A stretch of 64,000 nucleotides of DNA from Vicugna vicugna. Lineage: Eukaryota. Positions 37,003 to 49,470 of the stretch are shown here, piece by piece. Numbering within the stretch: position 1 is the first letter of the stretch; each line of letters starts with the position of its first letter. Both the position numbers and the translations under genes were made by a program. Where the stretch lies: contig MU057887.1 of the NCBI GenBank assembly GCA_013265495.1, positions 3,383,576 through 3,447,575 on the forward strand, read 5' to 3'. Under the pieces are notes generated by a model that was given only the letters and a program-made list of their open reading frames with translations, made no database searches and was not told where the DNA came from.

Positions 37003-39524
37003 TGGGAGGCGAAGCCCCACCCGGCCCACTCGTCTCGTCCCTCCCACTTTGCGGAGCTCACCCCTCTCCCCCGAGCTGGTCCCTGTGGCTGCATCAGGCA
37101 GGACAGGGTGCTGGACACGCCGCTGAGCCCCCCCGGGTCAGGCCCTGCGCCTGGCTTCCGCGCCCTCCTGGTGTCCGAGGGGCAGCTTCACTGAGGGGAG
37201 CCTCAGGGCCCTGCCCTGACCCTGCCGGTCTCTCCAACGTGCAGGGACCTCTACCAGCGCGCACCCCACACCCGCGCAAAAGGCCCCCCACGCCCAGAGC
37301 GTGAAGCCACGCAGCATCGGCCCAGCGAGGGGCACAGCCCAGGCTGAGGTCGCCCTGCCAGGGGAGGGGACAGTGAGGGCTCCCGGCCAGCCCCCAGGCC
37401 CTGAGCCTCACCAGTGTCTACAGAGAGAGCAGGAGGCGATGCAGCCAAGCCTCAGCTGCCGAGGGGACCGGCCCCGGCACCAGTCAGCCCCCGTCCAGGG
37501 CCCGCTGCTCGCTGGGGTGAGCGTCGCTTGTGGGAACAGGCCATCGCCGAGCTCTGGCCAGATGAGCACTTTCCACACAGAGACCAGGGCCGCTCCCCAG
37601 GGAAGCTCCAGGCAGTGCGTCACACCGCGAGCTGGGGCCATCGCTCGGGCTGGTTCTGTCGGGGCCGAGGACGGACAGAACACACCGTGCACTGGACAGT
37701 GAGGGGCCCCGGGAAGCTGTGACACCCCCGGGGCCACAAGGACCCCAGGAGACCGGCTCTGAGCGAACCCCTGGTTTCACCGCCAGCTATTGGCTGCCTG
37801 ATTTACCACAGCCAACGCGTCTCCTCCGAAGCCTGCCGCTTCTAACCCCCACGACATCCCAGACGGGAGGCACACACTCGTGGGGCCCATATGTCTCTCC
37901 ATTTTATTTCGTCTGAAAAACATGGGACAGGTTTCCAACCCAACAGATGCAAAGAAGCCTTCATTTCCCACGATTGCCCGTCAAGCCACGTGCTTGCGGC
38001 TTCAGTCTCTACTGACAGGAGTGCTGGCCGCGGTCCCCACCAGACCCTGTGCAAAATGGACCCAGGAGGTTCCTTTGTGACCACGCTGCCGGTCAGGCTC
38101 TGACGGGAGGGTAGATTGTCACAAACACCTAGGCGCTGGCACGGCTCCAGGCGGCAGGGAAGGACGCTGCTGCCCACAGGCTGCGATCCTGGCAGGCTTG
38201 TCGTAGATGGCTATTTCTGCAGCTGCTGGAGGTGTGACCCGGGTGACCCAGTCCCACCGGGCTCCCAGACGCCGTGGACACGCGACGCCGGCCCCCGGTG
38301 CTGCTGACGGCGGGAGCATTCGGCCTCAACGCGGCCTCGGCGCTTGGCAGGGGCTTCTGTGGACGGGTTTTCAATCAGGTCCCAGATCGAAGGGGGAGTT
38401 GCTGTTATTTTACTTCAGGTTGGGCTCGGAGCACATTCACAGCTGTTTGGATGGGCCTTCGCGAGGAAGGGGACGCGTCCCACTGGTGAGCAGTCAGCCG
38501 TCCTGGCGCTGGACCCGACCACGCGGAGAAACAGAAGACCTGCGAACGAGCAAATGCTTTTGACAAGATAAACCTCGGAATCAACCCACCAGGCGATGAA
38601 ATCGACCGCCAGATAATCCTTGAAATAATCCCCTGGCACACAAGCCGTGGACACTTGGCACGTGCGATGCGAGAGGAGCGTCTCCGCCCAGTGAAGAGCG
38701 TCCTGCAGGCGCGGCAGCCTCCCCGGGCGCACCTGCCGTCCCTCCCTCCCTCCTGCTCGGGCGGGGCCCCTCCCACCTCCCGCCTCCCGCACTTCCCGCA
38801 GCACCGCCGCGATTTTAGGGCCGACGTTTCTTTCTTAGCAGAGTTTTCTTTCTGCCAAGTCTTAGGGCGCCAGAGAGAAACGCCCAAACTGTGCAGAAAC
38901 TTCCGTGCTGCAAATTAGAAGCACAAAGCACCTTCCAGAGCGGGGCCCTGAGCGACTCCTGCCTCGGCCGTCGTGGACAGGCCGTGCCGCCTGAGCCGGG
39001 ACCCGCTCCCCCCGACCCTGGGCCTGTGAAAGGCCCTCTCCCACCGGCCGTGCTGGCCGACCCTGCCCTCAAAACCCAGCGGCGTCCCGGGAAGGCCGCA
39101 CTGCTCCCTGGGCTGAGCAGGGCTCCCTGCCCTCGGGGGGCACGCAGCCTGGGGCGGGCGCCCCTGCGGCCAGACAGGAAGGAGAACCGGGGGTCAGAGA
39201 CGTGTCCCATTAGAGCGAGAAGCGGGTTTATGAACCTCAGCCACGTGACGGGGCGGTGATCTGGCCCACACCACTCAGGAGGCTGCCTCTGGCGGCGCAG
39301 GGACATGGGGCTGGAGAACATCAGGGCCACCTGCAGAGACGCAGGCAGGGACATGGCAGCCAGACCAGGAGGAGGGCGGAGCCGGAGGGAGGCCAGCGGC
39401 CTGAGCCACCGTGAGGGGCCTGCAGGCCACGGTGACCGAGAGGCTCTGAGGCGAGAGGGGACGGCGTGGGTGGGGGTGCACAGCCGAGGGGACAGCCGTG
39501 CCCTGCCCTGCACCCGGGAGCACT

Positions 39525-39750
39525 GGCAGAGCTGTGCTTCACACCAGAATAAACCACAGATGGTTTCAGGTCGGAAAGCAGTGCGCTTGCAGCACCGACC
39601 CAGATTTAAGAGGATATTTACACATGCTTCTCAGACACAGAAGGCAAATGAAACCCCGTCAAGGAAACAGAGACATGTTCCAGGAGATCTTTAGTGACCA
39701 GCGGAAAGACAGCGTCACGTCAAAAGCCAAACAGAAAACGTGCGGGACAC
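39525..39750 (+). mobile_element. Ancient L1 ORF2 3' fragment
   Basis: cttcacaccagaataaaccacagatggtttca resembles ctcacaccatacaccaaaataaattccagatggatca; A-rich plus strand. Confidence 0.4.
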
Positions 39751-42700
39751 TCAGGACAGGAGGGGCTCAGGGGCCCCAGGACGGAAACCGACAGTAAAGC
39801 ACAGACAGCCCCGGTTTTCAAGCGAGGCTGAGCTGGAAAAGCCAGGTAAGTGGCGACGGCACCACAGACACGCAGGCTCACCGGGCCACAGAGACGGCAT
39901 GTGAGGACGCTGGCCCGGCCTCGGCGTCCGGCCCGCAGGGTGTGGAGAGGCGCCACCCCGGGTCGGGGGTGGGGTAGAAGCACTCCGGGCTTTGGGAAGA
40001 GACCCGGGGTGCACGTCGGGGTTTAAGACGCACAGACCTTAAGTGCAGTCTTCCCCGCGCAGGACCTGTCCCGGCCACACGGCGTCAGCCCACGAGGACC
40101 GATGTCCACCTTCCGGGCAGGGTGACAGTGGAGCCTCCCCTGAAGGACGCTCTGGGGCCCTGGAGGTGGGTTTGGAGCAGAGGGAGCAGAGCCGCTCGAG
40201 GAGGCGAGGCCGCAGGGAACCAGCAGGATTTGCTCGGCTGAGCAGAGCAGACCCCCTTTCATTGTCACCAGCCCTTCCACTCGCGCGCACACCTGGTGAT
40301 GAGGGACAAGGACCCTCCGATTCCTCTGCGCCGGCAGCTCTCCCGCTACCACTGTGAACCCCGCCGCCCGCCACCGCCGGCACCGCGGACACAGCTCCTT
40401 CTTCCCGAGCAGTCGTCGCGGGAGCTGGTGCCGCAGCCTGTGCCAGGCGCTCTCTGTGCCGTCTCGGCACCAACATCTTGTCGGTCGGGAGCTGGCGCAG
40501 CTACACGGGAGGAGCCGGACCCACCTGACCAGCCCAGGGGTTCCAGCCCCCGCGGGAGCCTCCGACACTCTGTGCCTCCACCAGGCAGGAACCAATAGCG
40601 GGCGCCATGCTGGGCGGGTCACAGCGGCTCCCGTGAGCTGCTCTGCAATCCTGATTTCAGCTCACGCTGCAGAAGGGCCTCGCCCTGCAGCCCCGGCGCC
40701 ATGAGTGGAGCCCCCTTCCTCCACGAGGCAGAGCATCTCGGGACCCAGGATGCAGAGAGCTGCGCGGGCCCGGTGCTCACACGCAGATGCCCCTTGGTGT
40801 CTGCTGCCTGCGACCCAGGGAACACAGCGGGAAACAGGCAGGAGGGCTGGATGCCCCGCACAGAGCAGCGTCTTCCTGCAGGTGCAGGTCCGAGTCTCCC
40901 TGGACCCAGAAGCTCAGGGCCTGTTTGGGGAGGTCAGGGGTCGGGCTGGGGCTGCGAGTCACAGGAGGAGGGGTGTCCCGGGGGCCCCCCACGGGGGCTG
41001 AGAGGGTCAGGGCTTGCAGGAGGTCCTGGAGAGCCCACCAAGCGCAGGGTGAGCTGCGGAGAGGCTGGGCAGGAGGGAACCAGGCCTGGACCAGGGTGCT
41101 GCGCCCCAGAGGATGGTGCACGAGGGACTGAGTGCAGGGTCCACCTGAAACAGAAAGCGTCTCCCCGGCGGCCACCCACCACCTGCTCCCCAGGACCTGC
41201 AAACCGCTGTGAGGTCTGTGACCACGTGTCCCCTCCCCCACATCGGCCGTCCACGCGCACACCACGGAGGGGTGTGCTCGGGGGACCAACGTGCATAACT
41301 GGTCAAACTGTGCTCATTGGCCACAGTGGCCATTCCATCACAGCGACTTTGAACAACGGGCTGCTAAGGGGAGGGGCGCACAGAGGGTGACCGGAGCCAC
41401 GAGCGCCGGTGGGGAGACTCCACCTGCAGGCCCCCGCACACGGCACGTGTGACCAGCGCCACTCCCCAGACAACATCCACCTTGTTCCTGGTGAGGTTTC
41501 CACTGCCGCCACGTTGATCACGGCGCCCGACAAGGGGCACTGTCCCCGTGACCTCTGGCTCCCGAGCGGTGGAGTCACGATGCTCTTTGCGAGAGAGGAC
41601 AGGTGTAAATGAACAGATCACACAAACGCCCGTCAGCAGGAGCTGTTCTCAGCACAGTTAGATGCGCGTTGTACAAACATGCTGGGGGCCACTTAGGTCT
41701 TCCGGACGCTGAGCCGACCCAGACGCGGGCTGGCGACGCCAGCACGTCCCGAGGGCTGCTGGGTGTCCCTGGCGTCTCCGGGCTGGTCCTGGTGCTCTCC
41801 GCTGGTGACGGACTCACTCCCCTGGGGAGACTTTCACAGAAAGGTCACCAAGGGATGGGTGTTGTAATGGACCTGCCCTTCGCCCCCAGAAAGCGCTGGT
41901 CCACTCCCGAGGCCCCACCGCATCACCCGCACCCCGATTGCTGCACAACTCTCCTCCGCAGATGCTCCCTCCCTGAGCTGACGGGGCTGACATTAGAAAG
42001 GGCGACATCACTCCTGGGTCCCTCACTGCCTGTTCCCAAGGGGGCCTCGCTCTCACCCACCCACACACTCCCGGGGTCCCGTGGGACCATGAACCTTCCC
42101 ACCTCAGGACCACGGGCACTTAACTGCAGGCGCCCTGCTGCCCCTCCAGCCCCCCTCCCACTGGGCTCTCGGGTGGATGGAGACCTGCCAGGGCTGCACT
42201 GGGACCCAGACAGCTCGTTACGCAGCACAGCCTGACCCACGCAGGCTGATGCATAGCAGGGAGCAAACTACACCCGGGCCAACCCCAGGTGCTGCCGTTT
42301 GGGGAGTAAATTTCCTGGAACTCAGTGACACCCCGTTTGCTGCCTCGGGGCTGCAGCAGCAGAGAACTAAGACAGGGAACACACGGCCTGCCAAGTCAAG
42401 ATCAGCCACTGTCCGGTTCTCTATTGGCGCCTTTTGTGAAAACGAAAGTGCCTGGCGTTTCCTGGGCCCCGGGGCCCTGGACAGCTCATTCACGCCCCAG
42501 CCACCCAAGGCTGGCCCAACCCCCAGCTCCGCCCAGACGCTTCCGGAAGGGCCCGCAGCCACACACAGCCCCGCCCACCGCCCTGCCCCCTCCCTGCAGG
42601 GCTGTGACTCGGGCCCACCCTCTAGGCATGTCACCTCCATGGACACAGCCTCTGTAGGGGCGAGGGCCAGGGGCTCATCCCTCCCCAAGCCGGGGCTCAG

Positions 42701-43627
42701 AGTATCCACAGCCCTGCTGCTCAGGTTGGGAAGCGGGGTCCCCTGGCTCCTGCGCCTCACAGGGCCGCCCCTCGGGCCTCACGGTCACGGGCAGGACAGC
42801 CTCTGCCCAGACACCGCCCACCACGCCTGTGGGCCGGCCTCCAGAGGCCGGAGCTGGGGTGCAGGTGCCCCCTCGGCAGGGGTCCTGACCTGCAGCTCCG
42901 GCCTCACCTCAGCAAGGGTCCCTTTTTCATTCTTTTCTAAGTCAGCCAATCTGAACGCACTGGTGATCGCAGTCCCTCAGAGGGACTCGGGCCCAGGAGG
43001 TGGGGCCACGCATCTGCTGCCCCGTCGGGCGGCGAGGGTCCATCCAGCCTGAAATCGGGGTCCGCGTGGCTGGCTGTGAGCAGACACACAGGCACACACC
43101 CACACGGCCCCAAGGGCAGCCCCTTGGGGAGGCCTGGGCTCTGAGTCTCCGGGGCGGGTGAGGAGAAAACCGGCCCAGAGGAGGGGGCCGGGAGGGGCTC
43201 GGAGCAGACGCGCCGGCAGGACGGAGTGTGGACCCTCACGTACTAACTAATCCAGCTCTCTCGTCACTCCCAGCCCCACGCGGGCCGTCTCGTCTTCCCA
43301 GGGGCTCACCCGCCCCCACCTCCTTCTCCCAGAGGGAAGCCTGCAGCCCCGTGGACACACGCCTTGTCTGGCCGTGCCGTGCTTGCCTTCCCTGGAGAAC
43401 AACGGGAGACAAACCCGCCTGTGCTCAGGGCGTCAGTAACTTAATCCGGAAAGAAGACAATAAGGGAACACGCAACCCACACACGCAGGTCCGGCTCCAG
43501 TTCATCACTTATGAAAATGAAACAAAAGCCTTTACTTAGGAATCACTTGCTCCGTCTTAAGGACAGGAGTCTAGGCATGGGGCGTGACTCCCGCGTCCCC
43601 ACACAACACTCCTACGGAGACCCAACT

Positions 43628-43785
43628 GTGGGAAGAAATACATCCCAAAAATGGACAGGAGCTGCCTCTGGGCAACCCAGGGTGGACGGGCTATTTCTAA
43701 CTCCCCTCTTTGTGTTTTTCAGCGTCTTCCCAGCCCTCGGTGATGAGCACATTCAGTCTTACAATAAAGGCATGTTTTAAAATAA
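43628..43785 (+). mobile_element. L1ME-type 3' terminus
   Basis: ggaagaaatacatcccaaaatggacaggagctgcctctggg...tgatgagcacattcagtcttacaat. Confidence 0.6.
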
Positions 43786-44071
43786 GGGGTAAGTCAAAGC
43801 TGAGGTGCATTACTTTCAAACATCCGAAGTCTGTTATCATCTCATCACACGCACGTCTCTGCCCAGAGCTCGAGAAAGCAGACGGGACACCTCCCTCCTG
43901 AGATCTCGTGCCTGAATTTGAGCAAATGCGTGGCCTTTGCTCCCCTCCCCTCGCAAAGGCGACTCTGGCAAAGATGGGGCCCCGAATCTGAGGCGGGGCC
44001 GGGGATGGAGGAATTTCTCTCCCGGATTCACGTGCCTCACCCGAGAAATGAAGAGAGAAAAGGGTGCTGGC

Positions 44072-44402
44072 TGTGCTGTGGTCCAGATGTCAGTGTCCCC
44101 AAATTACACAATGACGCCCTCGTCCCCAAGGCGACGCTGTCGGGAGGTGGGGCACGGGCTGATGGGGTCCTGAGGGCGGAGCCCTCGTGATGGGATCCAT
44201 GCCCCAACTGGACGAGAGACCCAGAGGGAACTCCCGCCCCATCTGCTGTGTGGACGCAGCGGGAAGACGGTGCAGGCGCAGACCTTCACCCGACGCGGAG
44301 TCTGCAGGCAACTGGACCTCGACTTCCAGCCCCAGAATGGCACGAGATCAATGCTGCTGCCGCGCAGCCGCCCGGCCCGTGGTATTCTGCTGTAACAGAA
44401 CC
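44072..44402 (+). mobile_element. MLT1A0-like LTR
   Basis: tgctgtggtccagatgtcagtgtccccaaatt...tgagggcggagccctcgtgatgggat...gagacccagag...cttcacccgac...tggacctcgacttccagcc...gtggtattctgctgtaaca. Confidence 0.85.
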
Positions 44403-45919
44403 ACCGTCCTCCACCCAAGCTCCTTCTGGTGCCAACGCCGCGGTTTGAGATGCAATCAGGACGTTCTAGGTGTGTCTGGACAGCCCGTGCATCACCCTCC
44501 ACCCCTCCCCGCCAGGTGCTGCAGGGAAGCGGAGCCCGTCCCCACACCACGCCTCCTCCCTGCGGGACCCCCGCGTGTGCAGACACCATCTCCTTGGACA
44601 AGGACACAGCCCATGCGCGGGCGGCCTTGCCTGGAGCTCTGCGCACCTGCCCGAGGCCCCTCAGCTCCCGTGGGAGCCGCGCTGACGCCGTGTGCCCAGC
44701 ACCACGTTGGGGGCTGCAGGGACCACAGAGAAACCACCAACACACATGCCTAAGACGCCCCAGTGACAGAATGGCAGCACAGGGATATCCCTGAGCTGAA
44801 CATGAGCCCTCTCCCCTTATGAAAGTTTTAAAGAGAAATTAAAGTTTAAACATTAAATTCCTTGCAAGCTGGAGTTCAAATCATTGAAATCCCAAGAAAT
44901 CTAATGGGCGCCTTGCCTTTGGGGCTGAGCCCTGCTTCTCCCCAGCTTCGGGTCCGTGACGCCCAGTGACGCCCAGGGACGGCCGGGGCCCCAGAGGTGG
45001 TGGGCGTCCTTGTCCCCCCAGGCCTCAGGGGCCGAACAACACCGGCCTTTCCCAGGACCCACCACACTGACCTGAGAGCCAGGCCAGTGCCAGCAGCAGT
45101 GCCCAACGCCGCCCTCCGTCCAGTCCTCCAGCCCCAGCGTCCCCAACGAGAGACAAGCGTCAGCTGCCATGTCACCCGCCTTCCCGGGAGTCTGAGCCCC
45201 CTTCTCTCGTCAGGAGGCCGGGCCATCTTTCTCTGCCCACGGCCCAACACCAACAACCCTCTGCAGACCCTTTCAGTTTCAGGACCCCCGGAACCCCAGG
45301 GGGCTGGGGAGGGGACTCGGGGGTCACAGGCACTGCCTGAGAGGCTCGAGCCTGGGCCAGAAGGACGCAGAGGCAGTGTTTCAGGCTCAGAACCACAGGG
45401 AGCGGTACGCGGGGTCTGGCTCAGGGCGGGTCAGCCGGCCACCCCATCCCGCAGGTCCTGACTGACTCACAGTCGGCGGGGCTGAGGGCTGCTGAGAAGT
45501 ATAGAAACAGAAGTCCTCGTGCCGCCGAGCCCAGGCTGGGCCCGCCCGCACCCCAGTGATGCCCGCCGGCACTGGCCACGCAGCCCCGACCGAGAAGGAC
45601 CTGCCCACTCCAGGTGCGTTACCTGCTGGAGCCACAGACTCAGCGTGAGGACCACTTGGAGCCGTCGGTGGGGGAGCGGTGTGCCAGCCAGAGTGACCAG
45701 CGGTCACGTCCGCCCCTCGGGCACCGGCCTGGCCAGAGCTCCCAGGCTGGGCATCAGAGAGCGCCCAGCCCGGCAGACCAGTCCATGTGCAAAGCTCTCT
45801 TTCCAGCTCCTTCTGAGCAAAAGAGGTTGTGCCCCCCGGGGGGATGGCAGGGGGAGGGATGAAGACCCCAAGGTAGACGGAGGGAGCGACAGGGAGGGGA
45901 GGCCGGGCTTCTGCAGCAC

Positions 45920-46290
45920 CGTCGTGTTCCGGGGCCCTGTCCCCACGGCGCCCCCGGCCAGAGGCTCCGACGGGCAGGGCTGTGGAGGGCGGGGCCGTCC
46001 ACGGATACGTACCTTGTGCTCCCACATCCCAGAGGACGAGACCGGGACCCAGAGTCGCCCGGCCGGCTCCTCCCGCGGCCTCGCTCCTCCCCCCGTGTCT
46101 GTCCCTCGGTCTGGGCGTCCGTCCTCGTCTCCACATCTCCTGAGGACCCCCACCTTGTTGGGCCAGGACCCACCCAGTGACCTCATCTCACCCTGATCAC
46201 CTCTTTCAAGACCCCTGTCCAAACGCAGTCACGTCTGAGGAGCTGGGGCTTCACCGTCTGAATCTGGGGGCACGGCTCTGCCCATGGCAG
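45920..46290 (-). mobile_element. MLT1B-like LTR
   Basis: ggacccacccagtgacctcatctcaccctgatcacctctttcaagacccctgtccaaacgcagtcacgtctgaggagctggggcttca...gaatctgggggcac. Confidence 0.8.
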
Positions 46291-46879
46291 GTGGCGATGG
46301 GTTTAGGACATGAGAGCAGGAGGAAGACGGTTTGCTCCGGGGGACAGGGAGGAAAGGCTGGGCAGTGGGGGCAGGTCTAGCCCAAGTCCACAGCCAGTAC
46401 TGACCAGCCGACGCCTGGGCTGACCAAGGCGAGGGGTCCAGCCCCGTCGCAGCAACGCGTCCTCCACCTGGGGACAGGGTGGCAGGTGAGGGCAGCCCCG
46501 ATGGACAGACGGGCTCAGGACGGGAGCGGACCGGCACGGGGCCGGCGTGGACTCACGGGGCCGGAGCGCGGGGAAGGGCGCCCTGCCTCCCCCAGGACAG
46601 CGCGGTGCCCCCCCGGCATCGGGCTTCTCGGCGGTGCGTCCACAGGAGGACAGCTTCTCCCGTCCTCGCCGACCGTCCTCAGCGCCCAGAAGACCCCCGG
46701 GAGCCAGCACAGGCCCCCGAGCTGAGGTGTCTTGGGGGGGTTTGTCGGGTTTCTCCCAATAAGTGAATTCATCCCGGGAGCAGGTCTGAGTCCCAGCGCC
46801 AGCCGCCCAGTGTAGATGCCCAACACTGAACCTGCTTCAGACTCAGCTTACAGCACTGGCGTGCCTTGAAGCTGACATT

Positions 46880-47190
46880 GCCCCCGTGATAAATGTCTCC
46901 TCAAGAGCTTCCCACCGTCCCTGTTAATCCTGGGGGGAACCACCCCTCCACTTTCCAGGCAACCTCCTTATGTAAACAAAGTGGTTAATTAGACCTTTTC
47001 TGAGCTGCTGAAGATGTTTCTGCTTTAAAAGAACAAGTAATCACAATATGAAAACCACAGCATTTCTAATCTGTCAACTAATTCTGCCACCATATTTTTA
47101 GAAAAATGGATTCACATAATTTATTAATACGTCTCCTCTAATTTCATTCATAAATAAGTAATTGCATTTCAACTCGTGTCTGACAGATCG
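46880..47190. promoter_or_regulatory. AT-rich non-repeat island, candidate enhancer
   Basis: FOX TGTAAACA 46971 overlapping SOX AACAAAG, TAATTA 46986, RUNX AACCACA 47053, TAATTTATTA 47117. Confidence 0.45.
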
Positions 47191-49214
47191 GAAAGGTTGT
47201 GAGGCCTCCATGTTCTAGAAAAACCCGGGGGCGAGAGGGTGACATGGTGTCAACGGGCATCTGGGGGACGTCGTGGAAGCTAGTCTGTGCGTCCTGGTCA
47301 GAGACCCGCCCGGCGGGCAGCGTCCTGGCCTGTTTCTAGAAGCCGTCGCTCATGCTGTGGCTTCAGTTATAAACTTAACCCAGAAGGAGGAGGCAGCACC
47401 AGGCTGTTCTCAGAGGCACCTGGCCAAGCGGTCCGGGGGCAGTGAGCAGGGCTGGGAGGGACTGGGACCCGGTGGACACCCCTGGGGACCCTCTGGGCTG
47501 GCGGCCCCAGCTGAGGACAGCACAGAGGGGCCCTGCCTGGCAAGACACAGTCCCGCCCCTGGGTCAGTCCACCTGCCTCCTGGTGGCCGGGGGAGGGCAC
47601 ATCTGTCACAGAAGCGGGCACCTGCTCCAAGAAGGGGTGCGGGGCAGCAGGGAACCAGGCTCCGCCCAGCAGAACAGGCGCCCGATGAGCCCCTAGTGCC
47701 CGTGTTCCTCAGAGCGATTCCTGCAGCCCCGCACCGGCATCTCTGCACCTGACCTCTGCTCCAGGCCGCTGGCAGTGACCCAGTCAGGTGTCTCAAGCCA
47801 GGTGGCCCAGGCAAGCCGCCTCCCTCCTCTTAAAACCCGCCTCGGTCACCAGGATACCCCACCTGTGCCTGCCGTCCCCCTGTCCTCAGTGACACCAGCG
47901 ACGTGGAGCCTTGGACGCTGGACGGAAGCCCGTGCAGGCCCCTCAGCCTGGGCCGGGCTTGCTCTCCCCCACCCCCGAGTGGGTGGGCGAGGGTTGAAGC
48001 CGTGCCCGCCCCTCCCCAGGCAGCGGCCTCCTCCCCACTCCCAGCACCCTGTCGCCATGCCGGTCCCCGGCGCTGCCCCCTTCCTGACAGGCTCCTCGGG
48101 GAGACCCCAGAGCCCACAGCCCGTGGGGTTGTCCTGGCTTGGAGCAGAGCCTCCGAGGCTGGGGTGGGACAGGAGACGCCGGGCACCTCGGGGCCCCGGG
48201 AAGCACCCGGCTGCTCCGCCGTCAGATCTGACAGTCGCTTCCTTTGCGACTTCAGGGCCTCGCTCCCTCTCAGGCCTTTATTAAAGTCTGTTCTGGGCCT
48301 TTCCGCCCTCAGGGTGCTGCTGCTGCAGACCTGACTCCTCCCTGCGCTCACGGTCCCGCCGCGAACCAGCCCCCTTCTCTCCCCGCTGGCCAGACAGGCA
48401 CTCCGGGGTGGGGGTCGGGGTCGGCCAGCCCCCTGGGCGTGGGGGCGCGCGGCCTCTCTGAGTCAGTCACCGCGCCGCCCCTTGCTCAGAAGTCCTCCCC
48501 GCCCCTGGCTTCCCAGCTGGCACGTGAGGACGAGGAGGGAAAGCGAATCACCTGAAAGTCAGGGCCGTGAGGTCACGGGGCGACCGCTTCCCTCGACCGG
48601 AGAGACGGGCGGCAGGCGTGCAGAACCCCGATTACTGGGCCTGGTCCGGGGGTCAGGGCGGGGGACCTGGCCTGCGGCAACTTGCAGGAGGCTCTACGTG
48701 GATGAGCCTGAGAGCTGCAGACTCGGGGCGCCCAGGCCTGGGACCCCATTTTCACCAGTTTTACTGCCTCCGGGACCCCCCGCCCGCCGGCCCTCCCAAC
48801 GCAGCAGGAGGGAGAGCCCTGCGATTCCCGCAGGAGGGAGCGGGGGTCAGTCTGCTCTCAGCAAGCCTGTCCGGTCCCGGGGTGGGGGAGCGCCCCCAGA
48901 GGCTGACCTGCTGCGGGCTTATCAGGCCCTGCTGACCTGGGGAGGCGAGGCATCCGCTCCAGCCCGCTCCCAGCTCAGGGGGAGAACCAGAGCGGGCGCG
49001 CGTGAGGGTCGCAGCTCAGGGCACGGGCTCGCCGGGGACCCGGACCTCAGCATCGTCGGGCGGCCAAGCGCCCCTCCCCATACCTTCCCACCAGCCCTGG
49101 GCAGCCGCGGGAGCCCGACTGAACGGCGGCGAGTCCCAGACCTTAGTTTCGATGAGGAAACACTAGAGAACAAGGGAAGTAAAAGGAAACCTTCCTGGGG
49201 CAGCAGGGAGCGGT

Positions 49215-49335
49215 GGGGGGGGCTACAGCTCAGGGGTGGAGCGCGTGCTTAGCGAGCACACGGTCCTGGGTTCAATCCCCAGCACCTCCGTTTAATAAAT
49301 AAATAAACCTAATTACCTCCCCACCAAAACACAGC
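49215..49335 (+). mobile_element. tRNA-Ala-derived SINE, camelid Vic-1-like
   Basis: A-box-like cagctcaggggtgg, gtgcttagcgagcac stem, B box gggttcaatccc, tail aataaataaataaacctaattacctcccc. Confidence 0.85.
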
Positions 49336-49470
49336 AGAAAAGAGAACATAATTCCTTGTAATAGTAATGGGGAAGAACTGAAAATGCATACGTGTGTGTG
49401 TGCACGACTGAGCCGCTTTCTGCACACCTGAGACCAGCATCGTAAAGCAACCGCACCGCCATAAAAAACA
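49336..49470 (+). mobile_element. Very short artiodactyl-type L1 3' terminus
   Basis: cttgtaatagtaatggggaagaactgaaaatg...gactgagccgctttctgcacacctgagacc...cgtaaagcaaccgcaccgccataaaaaa resembles ...actgaatcactttgctgtacacctgaaact...tgtaaatcaactatacttcaataaaa. Confidence 0.75.

Noticed and set aside
49215..49290. tRNA-Ala(AGC) gene
   Set aside because: The A box and stems are degenerate, there is no oligo-T Pol III terminator (only TTT), and it runs into the SINE-specific A-rich tail; it is a tRNA-derived SINE.
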